This document shows, one piece after another, positions 9,156-22,300 of a DNA stretch of 32,000 bases. The stretch's first letter is position 1, and every line of letters begins with the position of its first letter. Source of the stretch: an uncultured bacterium (lineage in GTDB: Bacteria > Patescibacteriota > Gracilibacteria > UBA1369 > PNNO01); assembly GCA_963704705.1 (NCBI GenBank), contig OY969931.1:1342546-1374545 (forward strand), written 5' to 3'. Under the pieces are notes generated by a model. It saw only the letters and a program-made list of their open reading frames with translations. It made no database searches and was not told the DNA's origin. The position numbers were made by a program, and so were the translations under genes.

Positions 9156-9940
9156 GATTTCGGGATTATATAAGGGACGTCTAATTTATGTTTGTTTGCG
9201 CGCATACGTTTGAACAATGAACGCACTAATGAAGCGCTCATTCCTTTGCTTACAAGTTCTTCTTCTCCAAGGTCTGCCTGATATAAAATATTGTCGATTT
9301 CTTCATAATCCGCACCAAGCTCCTGTTCGTCTGTCTGTCCCTCAAAAAGTTCAGCTGATGGCGGCTTCTCGATTATTTCTTTTGGAAGCTGCAAAAATTC
9401 AGCAAGCTCACGTACCTCAGTTTTGTATAATGATCCTAATGGCAAAATGTCAGCTGCAAGATCACCATATTTTGTTCCGTATCCGAGCATTAATTCGGAT
9501 TTGTTAGATGTGCCGACTACAAGCGCGCGGTGAGTATTTGCAAAATTATAAAGAATATTTGCGCGCACCCGTGCCTTTGTATTTGTGTAAGCGATTTCAT
9601 TTTGCTTCCATGGCACTTCCGAATAGCAAACCATAAAATTATTGATTGGAATTTTGTGAAAATCCACTCCTAAAAATTGAGCAAGTCCAACTGCATGGTC
9701 GATATTTACAGAAGAAGTCAGGCCGCGTTCCGGCATGATTAAAGCGTTAACATAAGCCGGGCCGAGTGTGTCGACTGCGATTTTAAGGGTTACCGCAGAG
9801 TCGAGTCCGCCGGATAAACCTAAGACCGCATTTCGAAAACCATTTTCTTCAAAATAGTTTTTTAAGCCTCCTCCTAATTTTTCGTAAATTTCTTCTATAT
9901 ACATGTGGTTATTTTCGTTTAAGTACTCGGGCAATGTCAA
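9152..9940 (-). CDS. nadE: NH3-dependent NAD+ synthetase
   Basis: 262 aa; PP-loop VLGLSGGLDSAVTL; VVGTSNKSELMLGYGTKYGDLAADILPLGSLYKTEV; EKPPSAELFEGQTDEQELGADYEEID. TTG start at 9940 overlaps the smpB 3' end; an in-frame ATG at 9904 (MYIEEIYEKLGG) is an equally plausible start. 4-nt overlap with nadM. Confidence 0.93.
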   Translation of the reverse strand: MTLPEYLNENNHMYIEEIYEKLGGGLKNYFEENGFRNAVLGLSGGLDSAVTLKIAVDTLGPAYVNALIMPERGLTSSVNIDHAVGLAQFLGVDFHKIPINNFMVCYSEVPWKQNEIAYTNTKARVRANILYNFANTHRALVVGTSNKSELMLGYGTKYGDLAADILPLGSLYKTEVRELAEFLQLPKEIIEKPPSAELFEGQTDEQELGADYEEIDNILYQADLGEEELVSKGMSASLVRSLFKRMRANKHKLDVPYIIPKS

Positions 9941-10355
9941 GATTTTGAGCTTTCTTTTTCAAATCCGCCCGTTTGTCGTAGAGTTTTTTTCCTTTAACAA
10001 GTGCGATTTTTAATTTAAGGAGCCCGCCTTTTGTATAAAGTTCAAGGGGTACGCAAGTTACTCCCTGCTCGTTTAATTTGGTTTCGATTTTGCTGATTTC
10101 TTTTTCATTAAGAAGAAGTTTTCTGTTTCTGTATGGATCTGCGTTATTTTTTCCTGCCATTTTATATGGCGAGATATGCGCTTTTTCAAGCCAAATTTCG
10201 TGCTTTGAACTTATGGAAATATAGCTGCCTTTTAAGTTAAGATTTCCTGTTCGGCAAGATTTTACTTCAGGGCCGATAAGCTGAATTCCCGCCTCAAAAC
10301 TTTCGAGAATTTCATAGTCGTGGAATGCCTTTTTGTTTTTTGAGAGAGTTGTCAT
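9909..10355 (-). CDS. smpB: SsrA-binding protein SmpB
   Basis: 148 aa from the ATG at 10353-10355: NKKAFHDYEILESFEAGIQLIGPEVKSCRTGNLNLKGSYISI..., AHISPY, DPYRNRKLLLNEKEI, VPLELYTKGG.LKLKIALVKGKKLYDKR. The track ORF 9909..10946 is an over-extension. Confidence 0.93.
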   Translation of the reverse strand: MTTLSKNKKAFHDYEILESFEAGIQLIGPEVKSCRTGNLNLKGSYISISSKHEIWLEKAHISPYKMAGKNNADPYRNRKLLLNEKEISKIETKLNEQGVTCVPLELYTKGGLLKLKIALVKGKKLYDKRADLKKKAQNLDIARVLKRK

Positions 10356-10465
10356 ATACGGTTGTAAGTTTAGGTGTTTTTGAAGATTTAAATCAAGAGG
10401 AATATTGGGGTTGTAAAATATGTCACTTATGGCATAATAGCAATCCCAGCTTTGCTTGGAACAAG

Positions 10466-10489
10466 CAATGAGCAAAGCTTTGCTCATTG
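10466..10489. promoter_or_regulatory. 24-bp perfect palindrome CAATGAGCAAAGCTTTGCTCATTG in the smpB / high-GC gene divergent spacer
   Basis: Direct reading; each half is the exact reverse complement of the other; located in the 186-nt region between divergent start codons. Confidence 0.5.
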
Positions 10490-10529
10490 AAAAAATACGG
10501 CCAAAAAACCAAAACGAAGGAAGAAAAAA

Positions 10530-10533
10530 GGAG
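10530..10533 (+). promoter_or_regulatory. Shine-Dalgarno sequence (GGAG within AAAAAAGGAG) 8 nt before the ATG at 10542
   Basis: GAAAAAAGGAGCGATTTAGATG. Confidence 0.7.
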
Positions 10534-10541
10534 CGATTTAG

Positions 10542-13202
<2,661 letters not shown>

Positions 13203-13248
13203 GCCGCGGATCAGCTGCTCAGGATAAGCTGACCACTGATATATTTTG

Positions 13249-13296
13249 CCCGGCTTGCCGTAGTTCTCAAACTATTGCAAGACCGGGCTTTTTTTA
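13249..13296 (+). terminator. Rho-independent terminator of the high-GC gene
   Basis: GCCCGGCTTGC ... GCAAGACCGGGC (one bulged A), additional inner TAGTT/AACTA pairing, followed by a run of T. Coordinates within about 1 nt. Confidence 0.85.
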
Positions 13297-13307
13297 AATT
13301 TTAACAC

Positions 13308-13336
13308 TTTACCCAAAATCGTTTTTCTGGTATAAT
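13308..13336 (+). promoter_or_regulatory. Putative promoter of the giant exoprotein array, with extended -10
   Basis: TTTACC (13308-13313), 17 nt, TATAAT (13331-13336) preceded by TGG (TGnTATAAT); ATG at 13373. Confidence 0.6.
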
Positions 13337-13372
13337 AATAATGAAACAAAAATAAAAAGTTATAACTTCTCC

Positions 13373-16300
13373 ATGCGGACTTCAAATAATTGGCTTGAAA
13401 AGCGAAAAAACAGAGAACGTTTACTTGCCAGAACCCAAAACATCGCGATTGGCAGTTTAATAGCGGCTATAACCATTGGCCCGCTTATTTATTTTGCCGC
13501 AGTCGCAGTTCCAATCGAAATAAGAGAAGCGCGAAATGTTCAATTGACTGAAGAATCAGCGGCTACTCCTGAGATTGCAATTGAAATTCCGGCTACTCCG
13601 GAAATATCACTAAGTGAGAAACCAATTAAATTTCCTGAGCCCGTTAAAGAAATTAAAAAAATAGAAAATCCGAAAGTTGAATTTAAATTGTCAGATCTTC
13701 CTAAAGAAAACCAACAAAAAGAAATTGTTTCAACAGGTAAATCAGAATCGGCTGAAGCAAAATTTATAGATACTCTTAAAACAGAATTTAAAGATCAGGA
13801 GAAAGATGTCCAGATTAAAGTAACTAACAAACAAGTTGATGGGCAAAATGAAAAATTGGTAGTTATGGAGAATCTCGATATTGATGACGGACCACGACAA
13901 ATCCGAAAAACAGAAGATGCTGACACAGTTGCCAGAGCAGCGTTGAGAAAATATTTAAAAACAAATCCAAAAGAAGTTGATTTTGATATATACACCGATA
14001 CAAGCAAACTTACAAATTCAAAGAAAACATATCAGCTCGTTGTTTCTGATATAAAAACAAACAACGGAAAATGGTATGTAACATTCGAGCAATACAAAAA
14101 TGCACTTCCTGTTTTTGATGGAAATATAAAAATGATTTTTACGGAAAGAAAAAATTTAATTGCAATAACTGACAATATCAGAACTGACTTCCCGGAAATT
14201 GAGGACTTCTCAATCACAAATTCAGAAGCTTCAGGAGCCATACAAGATGTTTTCACGCAATGGGATGAAGGCGTAGATAAAATTGGATTTGTAAACAAGG
14301 GATATTATAAAAACAAACCAGCTTTCAAAATTGAATTGGAAAGTCATAATCCATTAGGAAATTTTGAAGTTCTTGTGGACGGATCAAACGGTGATATTGA
14401 GAATGTTAAGGGAGATATAAGGCTTGCTGATGAAACAGGTTATACAACAGAAGAGCTTGAAGGACTGCGTGCTGGAAATCCTTTACCTTACAACCCCGTA
14501 GTTGATAAAGTGGACCCCGTTCTTTACGATGTAGGTGAACGCAAACCTGAAGAAGAAAATCAAGTTTATCCTTCAGTTGAAGAACTGGATCAAATAAAAA
14601 TAAATGCAGAAAATACAGCGCTTCAACAGGAATTAATTGCAAATCCAGTAAATCCTGAAGCTCCACAACTGGAATTACAGAGAAGCGAAATTTTCCAAAA
14701 AATAATTGCACCGGTTTATGCCGAAGAGAAATTCCAGGTTCCTGAACAGCAAATTACAGGGCCTTCAATCGGAGTAATTCAGGAATTTTCTGCTACAGGC
14801 GATGCTGCGGCAACTCCTGATGTAGGGGCCACTCTTGAACCTGACATTGTAATTCTTGATACAATTTTCAGTCAGGTTTTAGGAAAAATTTATCCTCAAA
14901 CTCCGGATCAGGAACCAATAATTACACCTTTTGCCAACGCTTATACATTTTTCAGCCAGAAACAAAATATTACAGATGAAGGAGGATATTTTGAAAATAA
15001 AGATTTGGACTGGTACAGCGTATATCTCGATGGTCCATATGTGACTGTTTATGATGATGACGCCAGTTCGGATGCGGAAATCAAAGATCGCACGCCTGAA
15101 GACCCTTTTGTTTGGGATGAAAACAGTGCGAGTCTCGCAGCAATAAATGCGTTCTATCATACAAATGAAATGCATAAATATTTTGCTGATAAATTTAATT
15201 TCGATACAAATAAAAAAATTCCGGTTACTGTAAATTCCGAACTTGTTGATCAATATTTAAATGGTTGCGGTGCATGGTTTGATAATTCTGATAAATCCAT
15301 TGAAATGGGTCGCGGCGGTACCGATACCTGCCCTGAAGATTTGAATTATGCACTTTCTAGTGATTTTGTTTATCATGAATATACACACTTTGTAGTTGAA
15401 GAAATAACACATCTTCCAAATATTACAGGGGCTGAATCCGCAGCAATGGGTGAAGGACTTGCGGATTATTTTGCTGCATCTGCTAATAATGACCCTGTAT
15501 GGGGTGATGTGGTTGCCCCTAATGATACCAGGAATTTAAAAAATACTTTAAATTATAATTATGATCTTAATGGTGAATCTCATCATGATGGACAAATTTT
15601 TGCAGGAGCATTATGGGATTTAAGAACTTTGATTGGCCCTATTGAAGCTGACAAATTGGTATTTAACACTTTATATCAAGATAGACTGCATTTTGAAACC
15701 TTCATGTATGGAATGCTTATAGAAGATGATGATAACAATGATTTTTCTGATGGGACACCTCACATGCTTGAGATTTTAGCTGCATTTGAAAATCATGGAA
15801 TCGGACCAGGAATAGCTAACTTTGATGGGCTTCCTGTTGATCCTGAAGCCTGGACAGATTTGCTAGGTGAAGAAGCGCCTCAGGGACAGGAAGATTCAAT
15901 ATTAAACGCTATAAGTGCAGGGTGCGAGGGCTATGATGATGGCACTTCAATAGTAATCCCTGATAATGTCACCTGTACTTTTACTGGATCCGGAAGTCGT
16001 TCAATAATTTATTTAGCGGGTGGTGCTGATCTTTATATCGGAGATTCATCTACTTACGGGATTCTCTCAACTAGCGGCGATACCAGTATTTATGGAACAA
16101 CAGCAATATCATCATTAAGAATCGGATGGTATAGTGGTGTTTATGGCCGCTTAACAGTTGGCGATGAATTGTTCTTAATTAATGGCGGTTGGCTGTATTC
16201 GGGATATGACGGATCAAATTTTGCAAATGCAAATACATATCTTCATGTTACAGGCAGTACGCAAATATATAAACAATCCACCAGTTATACTTCAAGCAAC

Positions 16301-19300
16301 TTTGTTTCCATTTATAATGATGCAACAAGTGATAATAATTTGGGTGTTTTATATATAGGAAGAAGTGACACTTCTACTTCATTTTACGGAAACCAGAGTT
16401 ATTTTTACAATGGAGGTTCGGCAAGAACAAATGTCGACTATTTCAGACTGGATAATGGCGGCTATATAAATAATTATACAAACTTTTATGTGACTACTAG
16501 TAATTCGGATATTTTGAACGGGTCAATTATGTATAACCGAAGTAGTGCTATTTTCAATAACGCTGGATACACGACTTATGTCTGGGACGACTCTCTTTTT
16601 GATAATGACGGGACTGTAAACAGCAATAGTTTTGACTTCCGTGATTCAGCTGAATTAAATATGGATGGCGGCACAATTAATGGAACCACCGCTATTTTCT
16701 ACAATACTTCATGGCTGGATTTGAATGCCGGAACATTTAATGTAACAACAGCAACATATAACAATTCTACAAATGCGGATGTTGCAGGAGGTGATTTTAG
16801 TCCAACAACTGCAAATTTTTATACCACTTCTTATGTAAACCATTATACTGGCGGCAGTACTCATATTACCAGTTTAAACCTATACAACAGTAGTTTCTGG
16901 AACCATTACGGAGGAACTACCAGTATTGGCAACTTTAATATGAATGATACAAGCTATGCCAGGGCTAATACCAGCGGCCAAACACTAACAGCTACTTCAT
17001 TTAATCTGTATGATTCGGCTGTACTTGAAAAGGCTTATTACTCCGCAGCTTCAAATGGTGATGGAAATATTTCCGCAACTAATATCTGGCTACAGGGTAC
17101 TTCCAGCCTGGACATTTTGCGATCAACGGGTAGTGTAACTGCTTCCGGTACAATAACTGTTGATGACGACAGTCAATATTATCAGTCTACAGGTAGCACT
17201 ACAGCATCTTATTTTAGTGTAGTAGGTACGACTCAAACAACGCAGAGTGGCGAATTGTATTTGACGGGCGGTACTTTAACTGTAAGTACAAGATTATTAA
17301 TAAATGAAAACGGTTGGGTTAATCAAGACGGAGGTACGGTTGATGCCGTACTTGGCCAACTTAATAGTAATGCCGCTATATACGACCAGGATGGCGGTAC
17401 AGCGGATTTTGACACGCTCCGGATGTACTTAAATAGTCATTATCAAAATGACAGTGCGGTAATTATAAGAGTAGGAGGCGGAAACATGACTGATACTTCG
17501 GTCTTTGAAAATAATTATACTGCTGGAGGTACAGCAACGGTGACAATACCTTCAGGTTTAACAGGCCAACAATCATTCTTATTAGACACTTCCGCACATT
17601 TCTACAATAGATATGGGGGAAGTTTCACTACAGATACAAGCGGATCATCAAACGGGGATACTATCGACGTAATAGACTCATCAACTTTTGATAATTACGG
17701 AACATTAACCACTTATAATTTAAGAATAGGATGGAACGACGTAGATAAAACCCAAATAGGAGGCTTTTATCACAACTTATACACTACTTATGAAAGTAAG
17801 ACGAACGTACATGGCGATTTAATAATGTACAGAGGTTATATGAGTAATGATGCAGGCAGCACAACTGCATATGGGGTAGTTGTGAGTGGGAATGTAAATA
17901 TGAAAGGTTACTGGCAAGGAACAATATGTGACAATTCTGATTTAGAAAATAGTGGATTATTCTCTGTCAGTGGAAATATTACAATGACCAGTAGTACCCT
18001 GACCCCTGCTTACACCTGTACAGAAATCAACAACTTTGCCAATGCTTCGACTTTACATAAGTTTTCTGCAGCTAATATTACGTCTACATACGACTATTCT
18101 GACATAACAAATGCAGGCGATTTTTATGTTACAACTGGTTCAATAAACATGACTTCTACACATGCATTCTTTCAGAATTCTTCTAGTGGTTATGTTTCGG
18201 TATATGATGACTTTATTATAGATTCAACAGGTGCATATGCAGTTTATCTTGATAATTCCGGAGATTTTAATGTTGGAATTTCAACAACAAGTAGTCTCCA
18301 AGTAGCGGGAAATTCATATGTTGATAATAATTCGGGAGGGACTATAAATGTTGATGATGCTGCAACTACAAGTACAACCAGGGGGCAATTTACAATTTAT
18401 CAAGATGGTTCTTTGGTCAATGAAGGAGATGTAAGTGCAAATCTATTCTGGGTGGATAGTGGCGGAGGAACATCTGTAACGGGATTTGAAAATCAAAATG
18501 GGGGCACTATAACTTCAACATATAGCGGCAGTGCAACCTACGGAATGAAGTGTATTTACGCAATATGCCAACATAAAAATACTGCGACGAGTTTAACGGT
18601 GGCAAGTGGATTGTTGGTACAAAGTGATTTAAGTTATATTACGAATTTTATAGTCGGAGCACCAGCAAATATAAATAATGCTTATATTAACTGGAACAGT
18701 ATGGTAACCATTAATTCTAACGCCACTTTAACAGCATCTGGCCAATGGCAGGTTTTAGATGATCAAAATGCCACAATTCCTGATTATGACGGACAAATAG
18801 TCGTTACGTCAGGATCGACCTTTAATGGGGGATCTTCTGCAAACGTATACTTAGGAGGGCCAGCTAATACGGGCGGAGAAATTGACAATTCAGGATCTTT
18901 TTATGCTAACAATTTGACACTTTATGATAGTAGCCTATTTACCAACCAAAGCACTGGAGATGTCGGAATCTCAAATACATTGCAGCTCGCATATGAATTT
19001 ACGCCATCTGCATTTATTAGAAGTTATGAAAATTATGGTTCTACCGAAGCTACTTATTTGCAAGTATACGGAGATAATTCAATATTTAATTCGGATGGAA
19101 CTTCAGCTCAAATTTATATTAACAATGATTTGGACATTAATGGAGGCAAACTCACTGTTGCCAGCGGATCAGTAGGCGCAACAATTGATGGTAATGCTTA
19201 TATTTATTACAAAAACGGTTCAACAACTTCAGGCGAGCTTTATAATTTTGATAATAGCTTTGTTGTTGCAGGAAAAATGTACGTGTCAGGTTTTGTACAA

Positions 19301-22300
19301 AATGGTAATAGTTTATTTGGTGCCGCAATGGAAATCCGAAGCAATACAGGCTCAGAAGATTTATATGTACATAGAGGCGTATCTGCCGATGGATACGGTA
19401 AATTCCTCAATTCTGGCGCTACCCTAACGGTTGGTGATGCTTCCGGAGGAGAAATTAAAGTAGAAGGAATTCAAAATATTTCTTTACCTGGCTCTTACTA
19501 TATTGCTTTATTCCAAAATTCAGAGGGGGCTATACACAGAGCAGGCCATGTTAATACTGATGAAATGTATATAAAAACCGCAGCGGATTTACTCAATTAC
19601 ACCGACCTTAATGTAAACAATAAATTATGGACAGGCGAGGACGAGTCGCCAAAAACCGTTACCAACTATGCAACTGGCGATATCGACGTAATAGGTGATG
19701 GTGATTCATGGTTTTATAACAATTCAACAGTAACAAATAGCGGCACATTCGATGCAACCGGAACATCCGGCATCATGAAAGTAATGCAAACTGTACAAAC
19801 AACCACCTTGGATAACTACGGCACTCTTTCTACTGATAAACTTTGGAATGGTAGTTCTGCTGAATACTATGGAGGTACAACCAGCAATCTCACATCAGGA
19901 ACTATTACCGTCAACGACAGTACCTCAGATACAGCACAAAACTACGGTGGAACAATAATACAAAACTCAAGCGGTTCAATAGATATCAGTTCGGGCCGCT
20001 TTACCACAACAAGTAATTCCGGCTCGTATGTAGGAACTGTTACTCAAAATTCTGGTACAGGTGAAATTAAATTGGGCGAATTATATATTACAAATTATGG
20101 ATATTATGAAATTAGCGGTTCAAATACCGATCCCGGAACTCATGTTTATGATACCGTATCCAGTGGAAACCTGGCCATTTCGGGAACAACTTCCGAACTT
20201 TATATTAATGGTTCGCAGGTATACGTAGATGGTGCATCTAACATTTATGCAAATGGAACCCTTACAAACAATGCACTTAGAGTTTCAGGGTCAGGTGGTT
20301 TTGTTTCTGATGGTTTGACAACCGTTTATTCAGGCGGTTTATTAAACTCAGATAATGATTCCACATGCCTGTTTAATAGCGGATTAACAGTCCAGGGAGA
20401 AGCAAACATCCTTGATGATGCAACGATAATCGGAAATTTAATTATTGATTTAGGCGGACTTGTTAATTTTGGTTTCCAAAGTCCGGTAATTCCAAACGTA
20501 GGTGCGATATATGTATCAGGTTATCTGTATATGTATGGTTCCAATACGGTATTGAACAATAATAGCCAGTTTGCTGTAAACACATTTGGAACTTTTGGAT
20601 CAAGCACAGGCACTCAAACTGCAACTTTCAACAATAACGGTTATACCGACGTTTCGAACAGTTCTTTTGCAGCATTTGGCAATGACATTAATGTACAAAA
20701 AACAGGTATCATTAATAGTGATGGCCCTTTAACCACGGGCGACAATATGATTGTCAGTTCTGGCGGAACAGTGAATTTAAATGATAATGCGGCCAGTCCA
20801 GATGACTATTGCCAAACTTGGATAGGCAATGACGGCACAGGAAATTTAACAATTAATCAGGATGGCACAGATATAGGTAAAGTGACTGTAAATTGTACAA
20901 GAACAACTAGTTCCGCTGAACTGACCGTATTTAGTAATACCTATGTATATGGCGAACTTGAATTAAACTCGGGAATGCTAACCCAAAACATGATAATAGG
21001 TGAACCAAGCGCCGCTTATACTGGCTCTGTATATCATAAACCTATAGTTGACCTTATAGGCGACAATGCTCCGGATATTGTATTTTTACTAACTATTACT
21101 CATGATTTAACCATAAATCCTGAAGGTGAAATTAACGTTAGTGCTTTATCATATATTAAGCCTTCATCAACTCATCCATATGCAGGTGTATTCGGAGGCA
21201 AAGGTCAGTATTCAAGTGCAACAGGAATTACTGAATATGGAACCATTGAAACCGGTTCAGTAAATTTTGGACGAGCAGGAGAAGATGCTGACCGTGATTT
21301 AGGTGCCGGAGGAGGTAAAGCTCAGGTAGTTGTTGGAAACGACGCAGTTGTAAACGGACCGATAAATGCGGACGGAGAAAGTGTAAAGCCAAATTTTGAT
21401 GTTGGCGGCGGAACAACTTATGATTGCGCAGGAAGCGGCGGAAGCGTATTCCTTACTATAGGTGGAGCCTTGAGCGGAAGCGGAGATATTACTGCAAGAG
21501 GCGGCGACTCAACTCCTGATATTTCAGGAGGCACAGCTGTTGCAATGGCTGGTGGTGGTGGTCGTATATATATAGAATATTATGATAAATCAGCTTATAC
21601 CGGTAAAGTAAAAGCAAATGGCGGTGCTGCCGACAGAGATACTTCATCTGGCGGACTAAACCTATATCACGCCGGAACAGGTACTGTTTTCTATAAATGG
21701 ACAGATCCATGGGCAAATGAAAATGACGGTACACTTGTAATAGATCCGGATGGTTCTTGGGCTGATATAGATTTCAGTGGTACCGGAACTTTAATAGATG
21801 CGACTACATTGGCAAATCTAACCGATAAATATTTAGATGTTGAAAGTGTTCAAATTGAACCTTACGGAAGTCTGCACCTGCCAGGTACCAATTGTGCGGG
21901 TGGAACCTGTTCAAAATTACAACAATGTTTAAAGGCAACTCCTGCTTCATTCTTTTTGGATACATTAGGAGAAGTTTTATATAACAGAGACCATGGAAGT
22001 GGAACTATAAAAAGCGTATGTATTGCTACACCGGATCCTCCTTATAAATTATTTATCAATGACCCTGGAACAGGAGCCCAAAGCGCAATTAACGCCAAAG
22101 AAGGTGACCCTATTGCAACATTGTTTAGCCTTGTTCCTAAGTTCTCGGCTATACATTTTGATGGACGCTTTGACAGTACAGGTACTTATGCGGATGCAAG
22201 TCCTCATCAGGCAACTCATTATGAGATACAAATAGCTGACACTGACGCGACTTATCCAACAAGCCCTCAATATTTATTTGATGATAATGCAACGCATATA

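Noticed and set aside
9905-9940. Choice of the TTG at 9940 as the certain nadE start
   Set aside because: It overlaps the end of smpB and lacks an SD; the ATG at 9904 gives a non-overlapping, typical N-terminus. Left ambiguous rather than asserted.
10466-10500. Rho-independent terminator at the 24-bp palindrome
   Set aside because: The dyad is followed by A-run on + and by CTTGTTCC on -, so there is no downstream U-tract in either orientation, and it lies between divergent genes.
10356-10541. tmRNA (ssrA) gene near smpB
   Set aside because: The 186-nt spacer is too short and shows no tRNA-like acceptor end or tag-peptide reading frame; none found elsewhere in the window by eye.
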